A DNA stretch of 63,860 bases, filler included, from Octopus bimaculoides (lineage: Eukaryota): NCBI RefSeq assembly GCF_001194135.2. It is 7 parts of 6 records of this genome, joined end to end, with 100 filler letters (N's around TTAATTAATTAA, not from the genome) between each part and the next. Parts side by side here need not be neighbours in the genome. Positions count along the whole stretch, not along the records: positions 1 to 28,542 come from NC_068988.1; 6 more parts are not named here. The stretch is one strand, 5' to 3'. The notes beneath the pieces are model-generated. The model worked only from the letters and a program-made list of their open reading frames with translations. It searched no databases and had not been told where the DNA came from. The position numbers and the translations under genes are program-made. Position 1 is the first letter of the stretch. Each line of letters starts with the position of its first letter. This document shows, piece after piece, positions 1-12,555 of this stretch.

Positions 1-113
1 AACTGTTTTACTTTCTTTACATAACCAAAAATTTTCTGGAAATAAGGGTGCTCATTCCTCATGGCTTTATAACTGAATGATATCATTGGAACTAAAGGTG
101 TCCACGAGCTGCT

Positions 114-280
114 GCTTCTTCTTCTTCTTCTTCTTCTTCTTCTTCTTCTTCTTCTTCTTCTTCTTCTTCTTCTTCTTCTTCTTCATCATCATCATCATCA
201 TCATCATCGTCGTCATCATCGTCATCATCATCATCATCGTCGTCGTCGTCGTCGTCGTCGTCGTCATCATCGTCATCTAA
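114..280. repeat. Compound microsatellite (CTT)n-(CAT)n-(CGT)n
   Basis: Direct reading of the sequence; source of ORFs 67..276 and 77..280. Confidence 0.95.
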
Positions 281-445
281 CGTCCATCTTACATGATGGC
301 CTAGGCTGGATGATTAGACAGGATTTCATGCATCATGCTCCAATGCCATCATTGGCATGGTTTCTACAACTGGAAGCCCTTCCTAATGCCAACCACTTTA
401 CAGAGGTTCCTGGATGCCTTTTTTTTTTGTTTCATGCCACCAGCA
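272..445 (-). mobile_element. Family B retroposon 3' part (SINE or RTE-type LINE tail ending in (ATG)n), decayed
   Basis: Similar to reverse complement of 13715-13868 (ctggaagcccttcctaatgccaacc; tail aacgtcc next to the CAT repeat). Confidence 0.65.
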
Positions 446-1124
446 TTATCGTGGTTGACATGCATCTCATTAGGCTGTATACCCCGAGGAAGTGTGGTCA
501 GTTTTATGCTACGGACTAGTACAAGAGAAGAGGCAAACCAGGTTCTCATAAAGGACCTGCATCGCTACTCACCTTTAGAAGAGATGAAGAGAATAATCAG
601 TAAAAGGTATCTGTGGAAAGGTAAATAGTGGAGATGGGGTGTCCAGGTGGTTGTTGTGTTTATGTTTTATACAGGTAAAAGAAATTAATCTATGACCATC
701 GTAAATCCTCTGAGAATGAAACAACCAGGGTCGTTTATGTCCAGTTTCATTTCTAAAAATATATGTCTGCATCACATATTAGTAAGAATGGAACCTAGAG
801 AATTACCATTCCAGAGAGAAAAGATTGGATTATCTGGTTAATTTGGATTATATTTACTGTTTGTGGAATACATTCAATCCTGAATTGGTTCTCTGTTAAT
901 TGTTAACTTTGCAATGGTGTCAGAAGTCAAGTCAGAGATAGAGACAGGGAAGTGGAAAGGATTAATCAAAATAAAACAGCATAAGAATAGACAGAAAGAA
1001 TAAAAGAATGGATACTTGCATGCAAAAATAAAAAAAACAAAAATAATTTTAAAATAAATGAATAAGCAACGACAATTCTTTGTAATTTTGACCCAAAGAC
1101 AGCAGTTTTGAAGGGATGGAGCAG

Positions 1125-1260
1125 TTGATTACAATGACCTCCCCCCATTTGTATTTATTTTGTAAACCCCCCCAAAGGATGAAAGGCAAAGTTTACCTTG
1201 GCAGGATTTAAGTTCAGAATGCAAAGAGCCAGAACAAATACCAGGAAGCATTTTGTAAAT
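1125..1260 (-). mobile_element. Family A tRNA-derived SINE, partial
   Basis: ggatgaaaggcaaagt..ggcaggatttaagttcagaatg is the reverse complement of the block seen at 53801-54030. Confidence 0.7.
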
Positions 1261-1262
1261 GT

Positions 1263-1309
<47 letters not shown>

Positions 1310-1398
1310 GGATAATAATAATGATAATAATAATAATGATAATAATAATAATAATAATGAGCTGACAACAAGTTATGCAATAAGGAAGAAAGAAAAGT

Positions 1399-1652
1399 CA
1401 ATAGATATGACAGGTTAGCTTGGGAGGTTAAGCAGTTGTGGTCGATGAACAAGGTGGTAGTAGTAATAATTGTAGGAGTCCTGGGAACAGTGAGTAAAAA
1501 TGTTGAGAAGTATATGGAAGAAATAGGGGCTGCAATAAGGGTGGAGCACTTGCAGAAAACAGCACTGCTTGGAATCACTCGAATACTCCAGATGGTACTC
1601 GACAGCTGACACCGTAGTACATCTCCAGTGTTAGAAGCTGTGCAAAGACAAT
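1399..1652 (+). mobile_element. R4/Dong-like non-LTR retrotransposon, 3' end of RLE endonuclease plus 3' UTR
   Basis: Translates to KVNRYDRLAWEVKQLW..IVGVLGTV..EHLQKTALLGITRIL; flanked by (AAT)n; paralogous to 8826-9070. Confidence 0.8.
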
Positions 1653-1675
1653 AAATAATAATAATAATGATAACT

Positions 1676-1860
1676 ATAGATCATCTTGCCTTGGGATGTC
1701 CTGTGCTGACACCAAACAAAGACAAAAATTGCCACGATAGGGTAGGACAGTATTTACATTGGTAATATGTAAACACTACAAAATCAACACTCCTGCTTAC
1801 TAGTATGAACATCACCCAAAGACAGTCGTTGAAGGTAAAAATGTCACTATCCTCGTGAAT
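1676..1860 (+). mobile_element. R4/Dong-like fragment (end of CCHC knuckle to pre-RLE region)
   Basis: DHLALGCPVL..HDRVGQYLHW..ICKHYKI..YEHHPKTVVEGKNVTIL read across small frameshifts. Confidence 0.7.
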
Positions 1861-3710
1861 CATGATTAAAGAAAATAGCAATCGAGATAGCTAAGATTAG
1901 CAAAGAAAGTCAAACCTACACACATAATTTTAGCAATGCTGTACAAATTCCCTCTCTCCATTAAAAGCTTATGAAATTTTTGCTTATTTTTATAAGACCA
2001 CAGTAGGCCTGGACTATGAAACTAAAACATCTTGACCATCAACAAACCATGATACTGTAAACAGCAAATTAACTATTGGCACTCTATAATTTTTATACAC
2101 TCAGATGCTCAAATAGATGGTAGTTGATGACTATTTTTGGTAATCATTTTACTTCTCTTTACACAGTAACAATGCTGCATAGCAACATTAGGTTTTAGGT
2201 TGAAGAAAGGCAACTGAAACAATATGAAACTAAAGACAGGATCAATGTAGCTTCCTATGTTGTAGAACTATTTCTGTTTACTCCTTCCCAATTGTTCTTA
2301 TGCCAAATACATAAGTTAGCTGGTGGCTATGAAATAAAGAGGATTTTCAGTAACAATGGAAAATTATAGTATTTGATTAGTAATAGCTTACTCTAAGTTG
2401 TTATTGCTAATGAGTTTGTGTAAATTATGACTGTCTCGTTTCCTTCTGTTGTGTCAGCTGTAACTATTCATTACACAACACAAATGTAACCGTTTCGTTT
2501 TGTCTGAAAATTCTTAACTTTGTTATTACTCAGCACAAACTTTCTCGTACACTGCCTTCTCTTTTTTCAGACGCTCCTCTTTTTTGTTATACAAAACAAC
2601 AACTTCCCCAACGTTATTCTTTCTAACTGTTTTGTTCTTTATATTTGAATTTTAATTCTAATGTTTACTTCCATATTAATTTCTTGGAGCTTCTTAATGC
2701 TTAATGTCTTGTAAATTATAAAGTTAGCCTTAATGAAGTGGAGTCATTTGATGTAATGTTGCAAATAATTCTTACAAAACACAAGGAGAACCCCATCATT
2801 CTGGAACCCTAAATGCTCAGCTATCACCCCTCTCCCTGGCACCAGTTTAAGCTGGATCCAAGCATAGGTGTAATTTATGTGTTCTTTTATACTTTTACTA
2901 GTTTCAGTTCTAAGAATGTGGCCAGGCTGGAGCAATAACCTTCAATGGTTTTAGTCAATAATTTTGACTCCATTGTCCTTTCAGTTATTTCATTTGTAAG
3001 GAATGATAAAAGTTGAGCCCAAGATAAAGGAATATAACACACTTGAAATAAATATATGTAAAACGATGCAAAAGAGACAAGGGGTAACACATTGAATGGC
3101 ACCACCTTCCAATGTATGCGTATACCAGCTGGGAAAAACCTAAGACAATGATAACAGAATTTTATTGTGTAACAGCTATCCAGCTTATTATGAACCAGTT
3201 TCTACAGAAGTACATCAATACTTAGTGATGTTGTGTTGATGGTGTATTTTCATTTAATGACAACCAACCACTGAATGTATGCACAGTTCTTGTAAATATA
3301 TGCCCAGCTTGCATAAATTGATCCAATGATGTTGTAAATAGACATTCAAATATCCAAAGAAATGGATCAATGATTAGCTAAGTTCAGACAAGATTAAGAC
3401 TCATAATCTAGTTACCTTCAGTCACTATTTATATTTAGCTGTCACTATAGAGTAGCTTCAAACAGATATTTCAAATTCTTATCAGGATAACTTGTATCTG
3501 CATCAAGAATTCTTTAGAATTAGAGAAATATTTATCTTCCCTCCAACACATTCAAACACAAATACACAGACATATTCTCAAACATTCTATGCATACATAA
3601 TTTGTATTATATATGTGCGCACACGAACACGCGTGTATGTGTGTGACTGATTGCATGTGTGTGCATACATGTGTGTATATGTATGCATGTGTATTCATAT
3701 ATATATATAT

Positions 3711-3761
<51 letters not shown>

Positions 3762-3766
3762 AGTAT

Positions 3767-3826
<60 letters not shown>

Positions 3827-4282
3827 ATATATATGGATATAGCTACAGTATAGATATACAGATAGATAGCTATAGATATTGATATAAATACAGACAGGAA
3901 TATGGATACGTATGTATACACACATAAGCCTGCCAGGATTTCAAATAGTAAATATGTTTAAATTCTGACTTGCCTATGTAACAGCATGTTTGTGTGTGTG
4001 TGTGTGTGTTTGTGATTGATTGCATGTGTGTGCATACATGAGCGGGTATGTGTGTACTTGTGTGTCTATGTCTTGTACATGTAAGTGCATGTTTGTGTGT
4101 GTGTGTGTGTGTTTCAGTTTCTGTGGATAGAAGCGGAGTCGTGTAGAAAGAGACAGTAGAGTTGTTTTATTGACCTCACTAAAATGAAACCTTACCTTTA
4201 GATTCTTCCATGTTTGCTGAAATAAATACTGGCAACCATTTTATATGTGATCTACAAAACAGTGTTAATGTCAGATGTAATT

Positions 4283-4315
<33 letters not shown>

Positions 4316-4372
4316 GTCGTCGTCGTCGTCATCATCATCATCATCATTATCATCATCATCAGTAGTAGTAGT

Positions 4373-4590
4373 AAGGTGGTGAACTGGCAAAATTGTTAGC
4401 ATGCTGGATGAAATGTTTAGTGGTATTTCGTCCATTGCTATATTCTGAGTTCAAATTCCGCCAAGGTCGACTTTGCTTTTCATCCTTTCAGGGCCAATAA
4501 AATAAGTACCAGTTGAACACTGGGGTTGATGTAATCGACTCATCCACCTCCCTCAAAATTGCTGGCCTTGTGGCAATATTTGAAACCATT
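4373..4590 (+). mobile_element. Family A tRNA-derived SINE, near full length, CpG-decayed
   Basis: A-box-like ctggcaaaattgttag, B-box ctgagttcaaattcc, central gcttttcatcctttc..aagtaccag; aligns by eye with 56288-56525. Confidence 0.85.
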
Positions 4591-4627
4591 ATTATTATTA
4601 TCATTATTATTATTATTATTATTATTG

Positions 4628-4897
4628 TTCAGTAGTTTTATTTTTATAACGTGCTTTCACTTCACTACCGAGCACAGCTCTGTGTGCCTTGGGTATGTGC
4701 TGTGGTTTGCTGTGGTGCTCTTATGTTTACTGTATTGAAAGTGTTTTGCGTAGAATGTGTGCAGTACCCAGTAGTGCAATTTTCTGTATGTTATATATAT
4801 TTGTAAGTCCTGGTGTTTTTGTTATGTATTTGTCTGAATATTTTTTTATTATACCTAAGGCACCTACTACGATAGGAATTGTTTATGTTTTTAGATT
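4628..4897 (-). mobile_element. R4/Dong-like 3' end (second subfamily), cut by gap
   Basis: Minus strand reads TIPIVVGALGIIKKYSDKYITKTPGLTNIYNIQKIALLGTAHILRKTLS; own 3' UTR then (AAT)n. Confidence 0.8.
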
Positions 4898-5159
4898 NNN
4901 NNNNNNNNNNNNNNNNNNNNNNNNNNNNNNNNNNNNNNNNNNNNNNNNNNNNNNNNNNNNNNNNNNNNNNNNNNNNNNNNNNNNNNNNNNNNNNNNNNNN
5001 NNNNNNNNNNNNNNNNNNNNNNNNNNNNNNNNNNNNNNNNNNNNNNNNNNNNNNNNNNNNNNNNNNNNNNNNNNNNNNNNNNNNNNNNNNNNNNNNNNNN
5101 NNNNNNNNNNNNNNNNNNNNNNNNNNNNNNNNNNNNNNNNNNNNNNNNNNNNNNNNNNN

Positions 5160-5209
<50 letters not shown>

Positions 5210-5219
5210 TCTATTATTA

Positions 5220-5645
5220 TATGAAAACTCAACTTATTTTGCTGGGTATGATGGAAAGTGTCAGCTGTCCACAGCCAGCAGACTAAGGTGACACTTGTTT
5301 AATGGTCATGCTTCAAGAACCCTGCCAAGAATTCTTGCAGTTCCAAGCAATGCTGATTTTTGTTTGTGTTCTACCTCCACACTTGCACTGATCTTTTCCA
5401 GCCATGTTGGTAATTGAGTGCTGATACTTCCAAGTGCACCAATTACTATTGCTATCACGACTACTCTCTTCGTTAATGACAACCTTTGTATTTCCCACTT
5501 CAAATCGTCATACCTGTTTATTTTTTCTTCTTCTTTTACGTTGACCCTGTTGTCACTGGGACATGCTATGTCGATTATCATACATGTTCTTTCTTTCTTA
5601 TTCACCACAACAATGTCCGGTTTCTAATGTCTGGTCAGGTGATTG
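5220..5645 (-). mobile_element. R4/Dong-like RLE endonuclease remnant
   Basis: ORF 5306..5608: (KPDIV)VNKKERTCMIIDIACP.D..EEEKINRYDDL..IVIGALG..QKSALLGTARIL, i.e. the PD..D..K REL motif. Confidence 0.88.
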
Positions 5646-5761
5646 CACTGGATTTACAAAAGTAAAATTCTACAAAACAAAAAAAGCCTTTTTTTCTTTA
5701 ACCATTTCTCTATCAATTCTGGCAGCTTTTTTTATTATTGAGAGATTTAATAATTATTTCA

Positions 5762-5890
5762 AATTTTTGGCACAAGGGCAGCTTGGGGGAAGTGTCGATG
5801 AGTCGGTTACATTGACCCAAGTGTTCAATTGGTACTTATTTTAGCAACCCCGAAAGTAAAGGATGAAAGTTGACCTCAACAGAATTTGAG
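5762..5890 (-). mobile_element. Family A SINE, 3' half
   Basis: ggtacttatttt..ggatgaaagttgacctc reverse-complements the family A core. Confidence 0.7.
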
Positions 5891-8228
5891 AGATTTAATA
5901 ATGAAACCTCAATTAGATTAGAAAACAATCAAATATTAATATTTAAGAAATATAGGGAAGGAAATTAGAAAGTCAAATAAAGAAGTTTAAAACAAGATAT
6001 TCCAGCCAAGACCCAATTTATTTGGTGGTTCGAGAAACAAGAATTCTTCTTTAAATGGAATGTGAAAGAAAGTTCCTGAATATTCTGCAGAAGACAAGAA
6101 TAGAGCTGGAAATAAAAGCAGAAGACAAATGAGGAATAGTTGAAATAAAAAAAGAAAACAGGTTAGAGTATAAATGAGACTTGACAAGAGCAGAAAATAA
6201 AAGACCAGGAATAGCCAAATATATCAACTGGGGAAGTGATCCTGGCAACAGGAATACCGTGCCCAACAATGTGAAAGATCTTGATATAACCAGAACAGGT
6301 GTGTGTGTGTGTGTGTGTGTGTGTTCGTGTGTGTTTGTAGATAGATATACATACACAAAACAAGCAGCCCGTGATGCCACACAATAGGACTAGAGAGACC
6401 TAAAACCGTGAGTTTGCAAAACGACCCTCTTAGCCAGACAATTAAACTTGTGCTTATGTATGTTAATGGTTTTCTAATGGAAAACCTTGACTTTGACTTT
6501 TGTTCCCTAATGATATGTTGCACTTGAACTGTACCCGTGAGATATAAAGTATCCTAGAAGGTGTGTTAACAAAAGCAAAAACAGGAACAACAATATAGAA
6601 TGCTTAATTTTAGCAAGATTTTCGTCTTCCTCTCATGATTTGTATAAAAGATTAATATATAAGGGGATGAGAGAATAGAAAACCCTTTTAATAGATACAA
6701 CTTTAGTTGGATTCGAACTTTCATCTATCGACTGAAATAAATAATTAAATTTACCTCACCTCATTTTTGTGAGATGGAATATAAAAAGAATTTATATAAC
6801 ATGCGAATGTCACAAATATATTACATTATAAAGAAAGAAATCAGATGAACCACATCAGCATATTGTAAGAAATGAGTTAACAAAAAGACCAACATGTTGC
6901 CAACAATGGAAGATATTCTCACAAATTTACAGTGGAAAGGTGAGTATATTTTAAATTCAGCCATTGTGGATATTTATTGACATGGCATTGGATAGTTGGT
7001 CCCTAGTACCTGATGGTCCTAGTTCTCTTGTACTTAAATCCAGTGAAACAATATTGTACTACAAATATGAAAAGACTATAATAACATTATTTGCTTTAGA
7101 TACAAACAATAAAATGAAGAGCTTCAACAAAACTTTCCCCAAACACCTTTACCCAATCAAATTCAATCAGCATTGAAAGAGAGTAATAACTGTTATGTTT
7201 CATGTTTATTGTACATGAACATTTTCAAGATATATCTTTTTACTAGATTCTCTCGTCTATCACCAAATTGGCCATTTTAATAACAAATATCCTTTGCTAT
7301 AATTTCTGAGTGATTTACACAAATATTAGGAAATGATAGCAACAAAAAGAAAAGAAATGAAAAGAAAAAGAAAATTAGTTTTTCCATATGTAATATAATA
7401 ATATGATATTATTATTATATCTTTTTAGTGTAGATAAATAGAAAAAAGTCTACATTAAATTCAAGTGGAAAAGAAAAGACAAAGACAAAGATAGAGAGAA
7501 AGAAATACGTAACAGGAGAAGGTATATCTTGATAACATTCTCTCCAGTTTAATGTCAAAATTATTCCTATAATCATATATACTCACAGAAATACATTTTA
7601 TAGGAATAAATGAATAAAAACATATTGAATTGGGTAGGAAATTTGAACTATAAAAGGTAATCACTTGGTTTATTATATGAATTTAAATACACTTTTTATC
7701 TGTTTATTTTTATAGGAATATGATATAGTCTGTCTGACTGGTAAGTGAGGGAATATGAGGCAAGAACTGAATTATGAAATTCAAGGAAAATTGAAGAATT
7801 ATTTTGAATATTGAATTTTTTTAATTTGATTATTTATCAAGCTAAGATATTAAAATAATAAACATTTTATATCTGCTACATAGACTTCACATAGCAAGGG
7901 TTAAGCCTGTTAGGAGTCAAAGTCTCACTGTTTTATTCATAACTTCTTACATCTTCTGCTACAATTCGATTAACATATTGGATGCTTGATAGGAATATTG
8001 AAACGATGCTCAGCATTTGTGCCTTTCATTGTTGTCCTTTTTCACATGACTTACTACCGCTTCCTGTCCTCCCTTTTTTTTTTTACATTATTCCTATTAC
8101 TTGTTGTGTACCTGAGAACTGATGTTACTGTAATAGATTTTTTGCTGTCCCCTAAAACTGCTGACTCTGTGCCTAATTTGGAAACAGTTATTGTTATTAT
8201 TTTTGTTGTTGTTGCTGTTGTTATTGAA

Positions 8229-8805
8229 TGAGAGAGCAGCACATGCCATCAAAGTGACACTGGGGCACAAATATACAAAGCTCAGTATACCCATTATGAC
8301 TACATGCCTGATATGGGTACACCAGGCACATGCACCACAACTATGTGTGTACAACATGGTGATCTCATATCAAGATAACCAGTGCATGACCTTGCAGGTG
8401 AGGGTCCAGTCAGAGTTCTTTTCAGATCAAGTAGGTTATCCTACTCATAAAGAGCCTGAATAAGGCTTGTCTAAGGATGATGAATAAAACACTGATGTTA
8501 CCAGAGGTGAATTATTCAAACCCAAAGAATTCCTCTCGACACATGGCTATGATGCTCCCCCACTACTTCTGCTCATGATCAGAGATGCACATATCGTCAG
8601 CCTCTAAAGGACATGCTCATCTGGTGAAGGTTAAGCAACTGACAAGCAAATCTGTGGTATTGAGCAGAATATTCGCTGTAGCTCATCTTTTATGCCACGA
8701 TAAAACATGTACATGATAACACTTCAAATCAGTTAAGATGAGAAAGCATGAGAGCCCCTGCCTGGTACTGCATCAGGGCAAATATTATTATCATCGTCAT
8801 CATCA
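8229..8805. repeat. Probable ~570-bp unclassified interspersed repeat bounded by microsatellites
   Basis: Higher-GC block between (GTT)/(ATT) and (ATC) tracts with no coding signal; repeat status is from recollection, single copy in this window. Confidence 0.35.
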
Positions 8806-8825
8806 TCACCATCATCATTATGATT

Positions 8826-9070
8826 TAGTCTTTGCACAGCTTTCAACACTGGGGATGTACTATGGTATCAGCTGTTCCCTACCAGTGAACTAAGGTAACT
8901 TCCCTTATTTTTCGAGCACCTTCCGGAGTATTCGAGCGGTTCCAAGCAGTGCTGTTTTCTGCAAGTGCTCCACCCTTATTGCAGCCCCTATTTGTTCCAT
9001 ATACTTCTCAAAATGTTTACTCACTGTTCCCAGGGCTCCGACAATTATTGGTACTACTATCACCTTTTTC
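8826..9070 (-). mobile_element. R4/Dong-like RLE 3' end plus 3' UTR
   Basis: Minus strand: VPIIVGALGTVSKHFEKYMEQIGAAIRVEHLQKTALLGTARILRKVLE; highly similar to 1440-1652. Confidence 0.85.
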
Positions 9071-9096
9071 ATCGGCCACAACTGCTATTATTATTA

Positions 9097-9186
<90 letters not shown>

Positions 9187-9188
9187 CA

Positions 9189-9896
9189 CTATTTTCATAC
9201 ACACAGAAAAAACATTTTACAACTTAAAAGTATTAAAAAGAGGAAACAGAAAGAAAAATAGAAAGAAAAATTCCTTTTTTCATGGTAGGAAATCATTATT
9301 TGACTGTTACTTCATCAGCCCTGGAAGGATGAAAAGAAAAGCTGACCTTGGGAGGATTTGAACTCAGAATGTAAAGAACCATAACAAAATGAACCAGGAT
9401 TTTTTTTTTCCACCCATCAAACTCTAACAATTCCACTAATATTCAGGAATTTTGTCCAAACAGTTTAGATTTCTCTGTTTACTTTTGATTTGAAGATGGA
9501 ATACTATATAATTCATAAAATTCTAACAAAAGGCAGGGTGTGCTTTCTGAAATTTATAAATATTTGAGTAGACATCTTTGCATTGAATGTCACGGCACTA
9601 TGCTAAAATGACAGAATCTTCATGACCAACATAATAACCATCAAGAACTTGCTGTAAAACCATCAAATTATCTCTGCAGCAGCCATCTTGTTAACTTAGA
9701 TTCCACTGCTGTTAGCTTTGTTAATTCAATGAATTCAATGTTTATTACAAATTAAGTCAATTTCTTTAACACTGCTAGACCAGCAGCCTTCTATTTACTT
9801 TTCTACCACGAAAAAGGAATTTTCTTTTTCTTTCTGTCTTCTCTTTTTACTTTTTGAAAGTTGTAAAATATTTTTTCTCTGTCTGTATGAAAATAG
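9189..9896. repeat. Inverted repeat pair (~105 bp arms: 9189-9293 and 9797-9896), possible old MITE
   Basis: ctattttcatacacacagaaaaaacattttacaac..aattcctttttt catggtag vs reverse complement of ctaccacgaaaaaggaatt..gttgtaaaata..gtatgaaaatag. Confidence 0.7.
9300..9420 (-). mobile_element. Family A SINE, partial
   Basis: ggatgaaaagaaaagctgaccttgggaggatttgaactcagaatg. Confidence 0.7.
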
Positions 9897-10074
9897 CCTA
9901 ATAACAACAACAACAACAATAATATTGATAATAATAATAATAATAATAATAATGATAATAATAATGATAATCATAATGAGCTTCTTTGCCCTAGGAGTTG
10001 GAAAGACACTCAGCAAGAAATGGAAGCAAAACTGAAAGAAGGAACAAAAAATCATAATAAATATAGTGACAGAG

Positions 10075-10262
10075 GCAAAAATTTTGAGTTAAAAGTGGGG
10101 TTTAGTTGATATCTTGGACCCTAGTATTTGACTGGTACTTTATTTCATTGACCCTAAGGAATGAAATGCAAAGTTGAACCCCAACATAGTTTGAACTCAG
10201 AATTAAAATAGATGGAACAAATACTCCATAATATTTTTACCAATGCACTAATGATTCTATCA
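10075..10262 (-). mobile_element. Family A SINE, decayed
   Basis: ctggtactttatttcattgacccta..aagttgaacc..tttgaactcagaat. Confidence 0.7.
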
Positions 10263-10276
10263 ATCTACATCCCTTG

Positions 10277-10383
<107 letters not shown>

Positions 10384-10468
10384 AATAATAATAATAATAA
10401 TAATGATAATAATAATAATAATAACAATGATAATGATAATAATAATGATGATAATAATAATAATAAAC

Positions 10469-10510
<42 letters not shown>

Positions 10511-10514
10511 CCGC

Positions 10515-11790
10515 AATCTACTGACTTGTAATAAGATGCACCATCCAAAGGCAGATGTGGATCGTCTTTACCTTCCAAGAGCTCAGGGAGGTCGAGGCTT
10601 GATCCAGCTTGAACTTACGTACACAACCACCACAATCGGACTGGCCAAATACCTTGAAACAACCAACGATTGGATGCTGAAACTTGTTGAAAATCATGAA
10701 AGACCGAAAAAACTTCACTCTATTCTGAAAGAGAGCAAAAAATTCGCTACCGAACTCTTAGATACCCACCAGCTTGATCAGGTTGAAGGAAATGTGCCAA
10801 CTGCTGCTGCAAAGAAAATAAAATTAATTGCAAAGACAAAAGCACATGAAAAATTAGCTAGCAGATGGGAAGAGAAACCNNNNNNNNNNNNNNNNNNNNN
10901 NNNNNNNNNNNNNNNNNNNNNNNNNNNNNNNNNNNNNNNNNNNNNNNNNNNNNNNNNNNNNNNNNNNNNNNNNNNNNNNNNNNNNNNNNNNNNNNNNNNN
11001 NNNNNNNNNNNNNNNNNNNNNNNNNNNNNNNNNNNNNNNNNNNNNNNNNNNNNNNNNNNNNNNNNNNNNNNNNNNNNNNNNNNNNNNNNNNNNNNNNNNN
11101 NNNNNNNNNNNNNNNNNNNNNNNNNNNNNNNNNNNNNNNNNNNNNNNNNNNNNNNNNNNNNNNNNNNNNNNNNNNNNNNNNNNNNNNNNNNNNNNNNNNN
11201 NNNNNNNNNNNNNNNNNNNNNNNNNNNNNNNNNNNNNNNNNNNNNNNNNNNNNNNNNNNNNNNNNNNNNNNNNNNNNNNNNNNNNNNNNNNNNNNNNNNN
11301 NNNNNNNNNNNNNNNNNNNNNNNNNNNAAGAAGACGTGTTTATTAATTGACATGAGTATTCCCTGTGGTCATAATATAGCGGCGAAAGAATTTGACAAGA
11401 TCAGTAAATATAAAGACTTGCTAATAGAAATTGACAAAATGTGGCACCTCAAAGCGACTACCATACCAGTGATTGTAGGATCTCTAGGAATGATAAAAAA
11501 AAGGTACTGAAACCTATTTGAAAATGATACCAGGCTTACAATCCCTACAGGAAGTGCAAAAAATCATGCTAACTGGAACGACTCATGTACTGAGAAGAGC
11601 ATTATCGCTGTGAAAACAACATCCTTTCATGAATTTTTTTTTTTGTTTTCTTAAATACATGTCTTACCTGTGAATTTGCCAGTGTAAACTGGGAATGCAT
11701 ACAACGAGTTTCTCTGCCCTAGGTGTACGGAAAACACTCGGCGAGAAATGGAAGAAAATTTGAAGAAAGAAGAAAAAAACAACATAATAA
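10515..11790 (+). mobile_element. R4/Dong-like retrotransposon 3' half (post-RT region to RLE and 3' UTR), gapped
   Basis: ORF 10536..11510: HHPKADVDRLYLPRAQGGRGLIQLE..KTCLLIDMSIP.G.NIAAKEFDKISKYKDL..IPVIVGSLG; frameshift at an A8 run, then QEVQKIMLTGTTHVLRRALS; its 3' UTR also recurs at ~9970-10060. Confidence 0.9.
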
Positions 11791-11811
11791 TAATAATGAT
11801 AATAGAAGAGG

Positions 11812-12127
11812 AGACCCCCTTCGGTCATGAATGACCATGGGATTGCACCTAGAAAATCCCCCTCCAAGATACAAGTCTGGGCAAAGCTAATTATGGAAGA
11901 CCAGCAGTAGGCCATGCGTACCAGTCTTCCCTCTCCACATCCCCAATGTTATCCAAGAGAAAGGCAAAGTCTAATACAGCTTGGCACCAGTAATGTCACA
12001 ACTCGTTTCTACAGATGAGTTAACTGGAGAAATATGAAAGAAAGTGTTTTGCTCAAAAACAAAACACGCAGCCCAGTCTGGAATTCGAACTCACAACCTG
12101 ACAGTCGTAAGTTCAATGCATCTTCAC
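11812..12127 (-). mobile_element. Family C (CORE-type) tRNA-derived SINE
   Basis: Minus strand: B-box gagttcgaattcc followed by tttgagcaaaacactttc..ctccagttaactca, homologous to the core of 61343-61673. Confidence 0.7.
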
Positions 12128-12211
<84 letters not shown>

Positions 12212-12230
12212 TATTATTATTATTATTATG

Positions 12231-12264
<34 letters not shown>
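12128..12264. repeat. Palindromic microsatellite (AAT)n followed by (TTA)n
   Basis: Symmetry centre aataa|ttatt at 12210/12211. Confidence 0.9.
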
Positions 12265-12266
<2 letters not shown>

Positions 12267-12274
12267 ATGATAAT

Positions 12275-12555
12275 AAATGCCAAGACAGATACAGAGGACC
12301 TGGTGGCTATGGATGAGGAGCAGTGACCTGAAGATGGAGCCCGAAGCATTCATATGCACAGCTCAGGAACAAGCATTAAGGACCAATTATATGAAGGGCA
12401 AATTAGACAACACTACCAATAGTGACAAACGTAGAATGTGTGGTGAGAGGGGAGAAACGGTATGGCACATCATTATCGAATGCCTAAAATTGGCACAAGG
12501 TGAATACAAATGATGCCATGACAATGTGGCAAAAATGATCCAGGGGAAGCTCTGA
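12275..12555 (+). mobile_element. R4/Dong-like fragment with CCHC zinc knuckle
   Basis: ORF 12277..12513: WLWMRSSDLKMEPEAFICTAQEQALRTNY..RMCGERGETVWHIIIECLKLAQGEYK. Confidence 0.85.

Noticed and set aside
6841-6929. Open reading ending at a strong donor aag|gtgagt
   Set aside because: No credible acceptor upstream, stops close by and no recognisable peptide.
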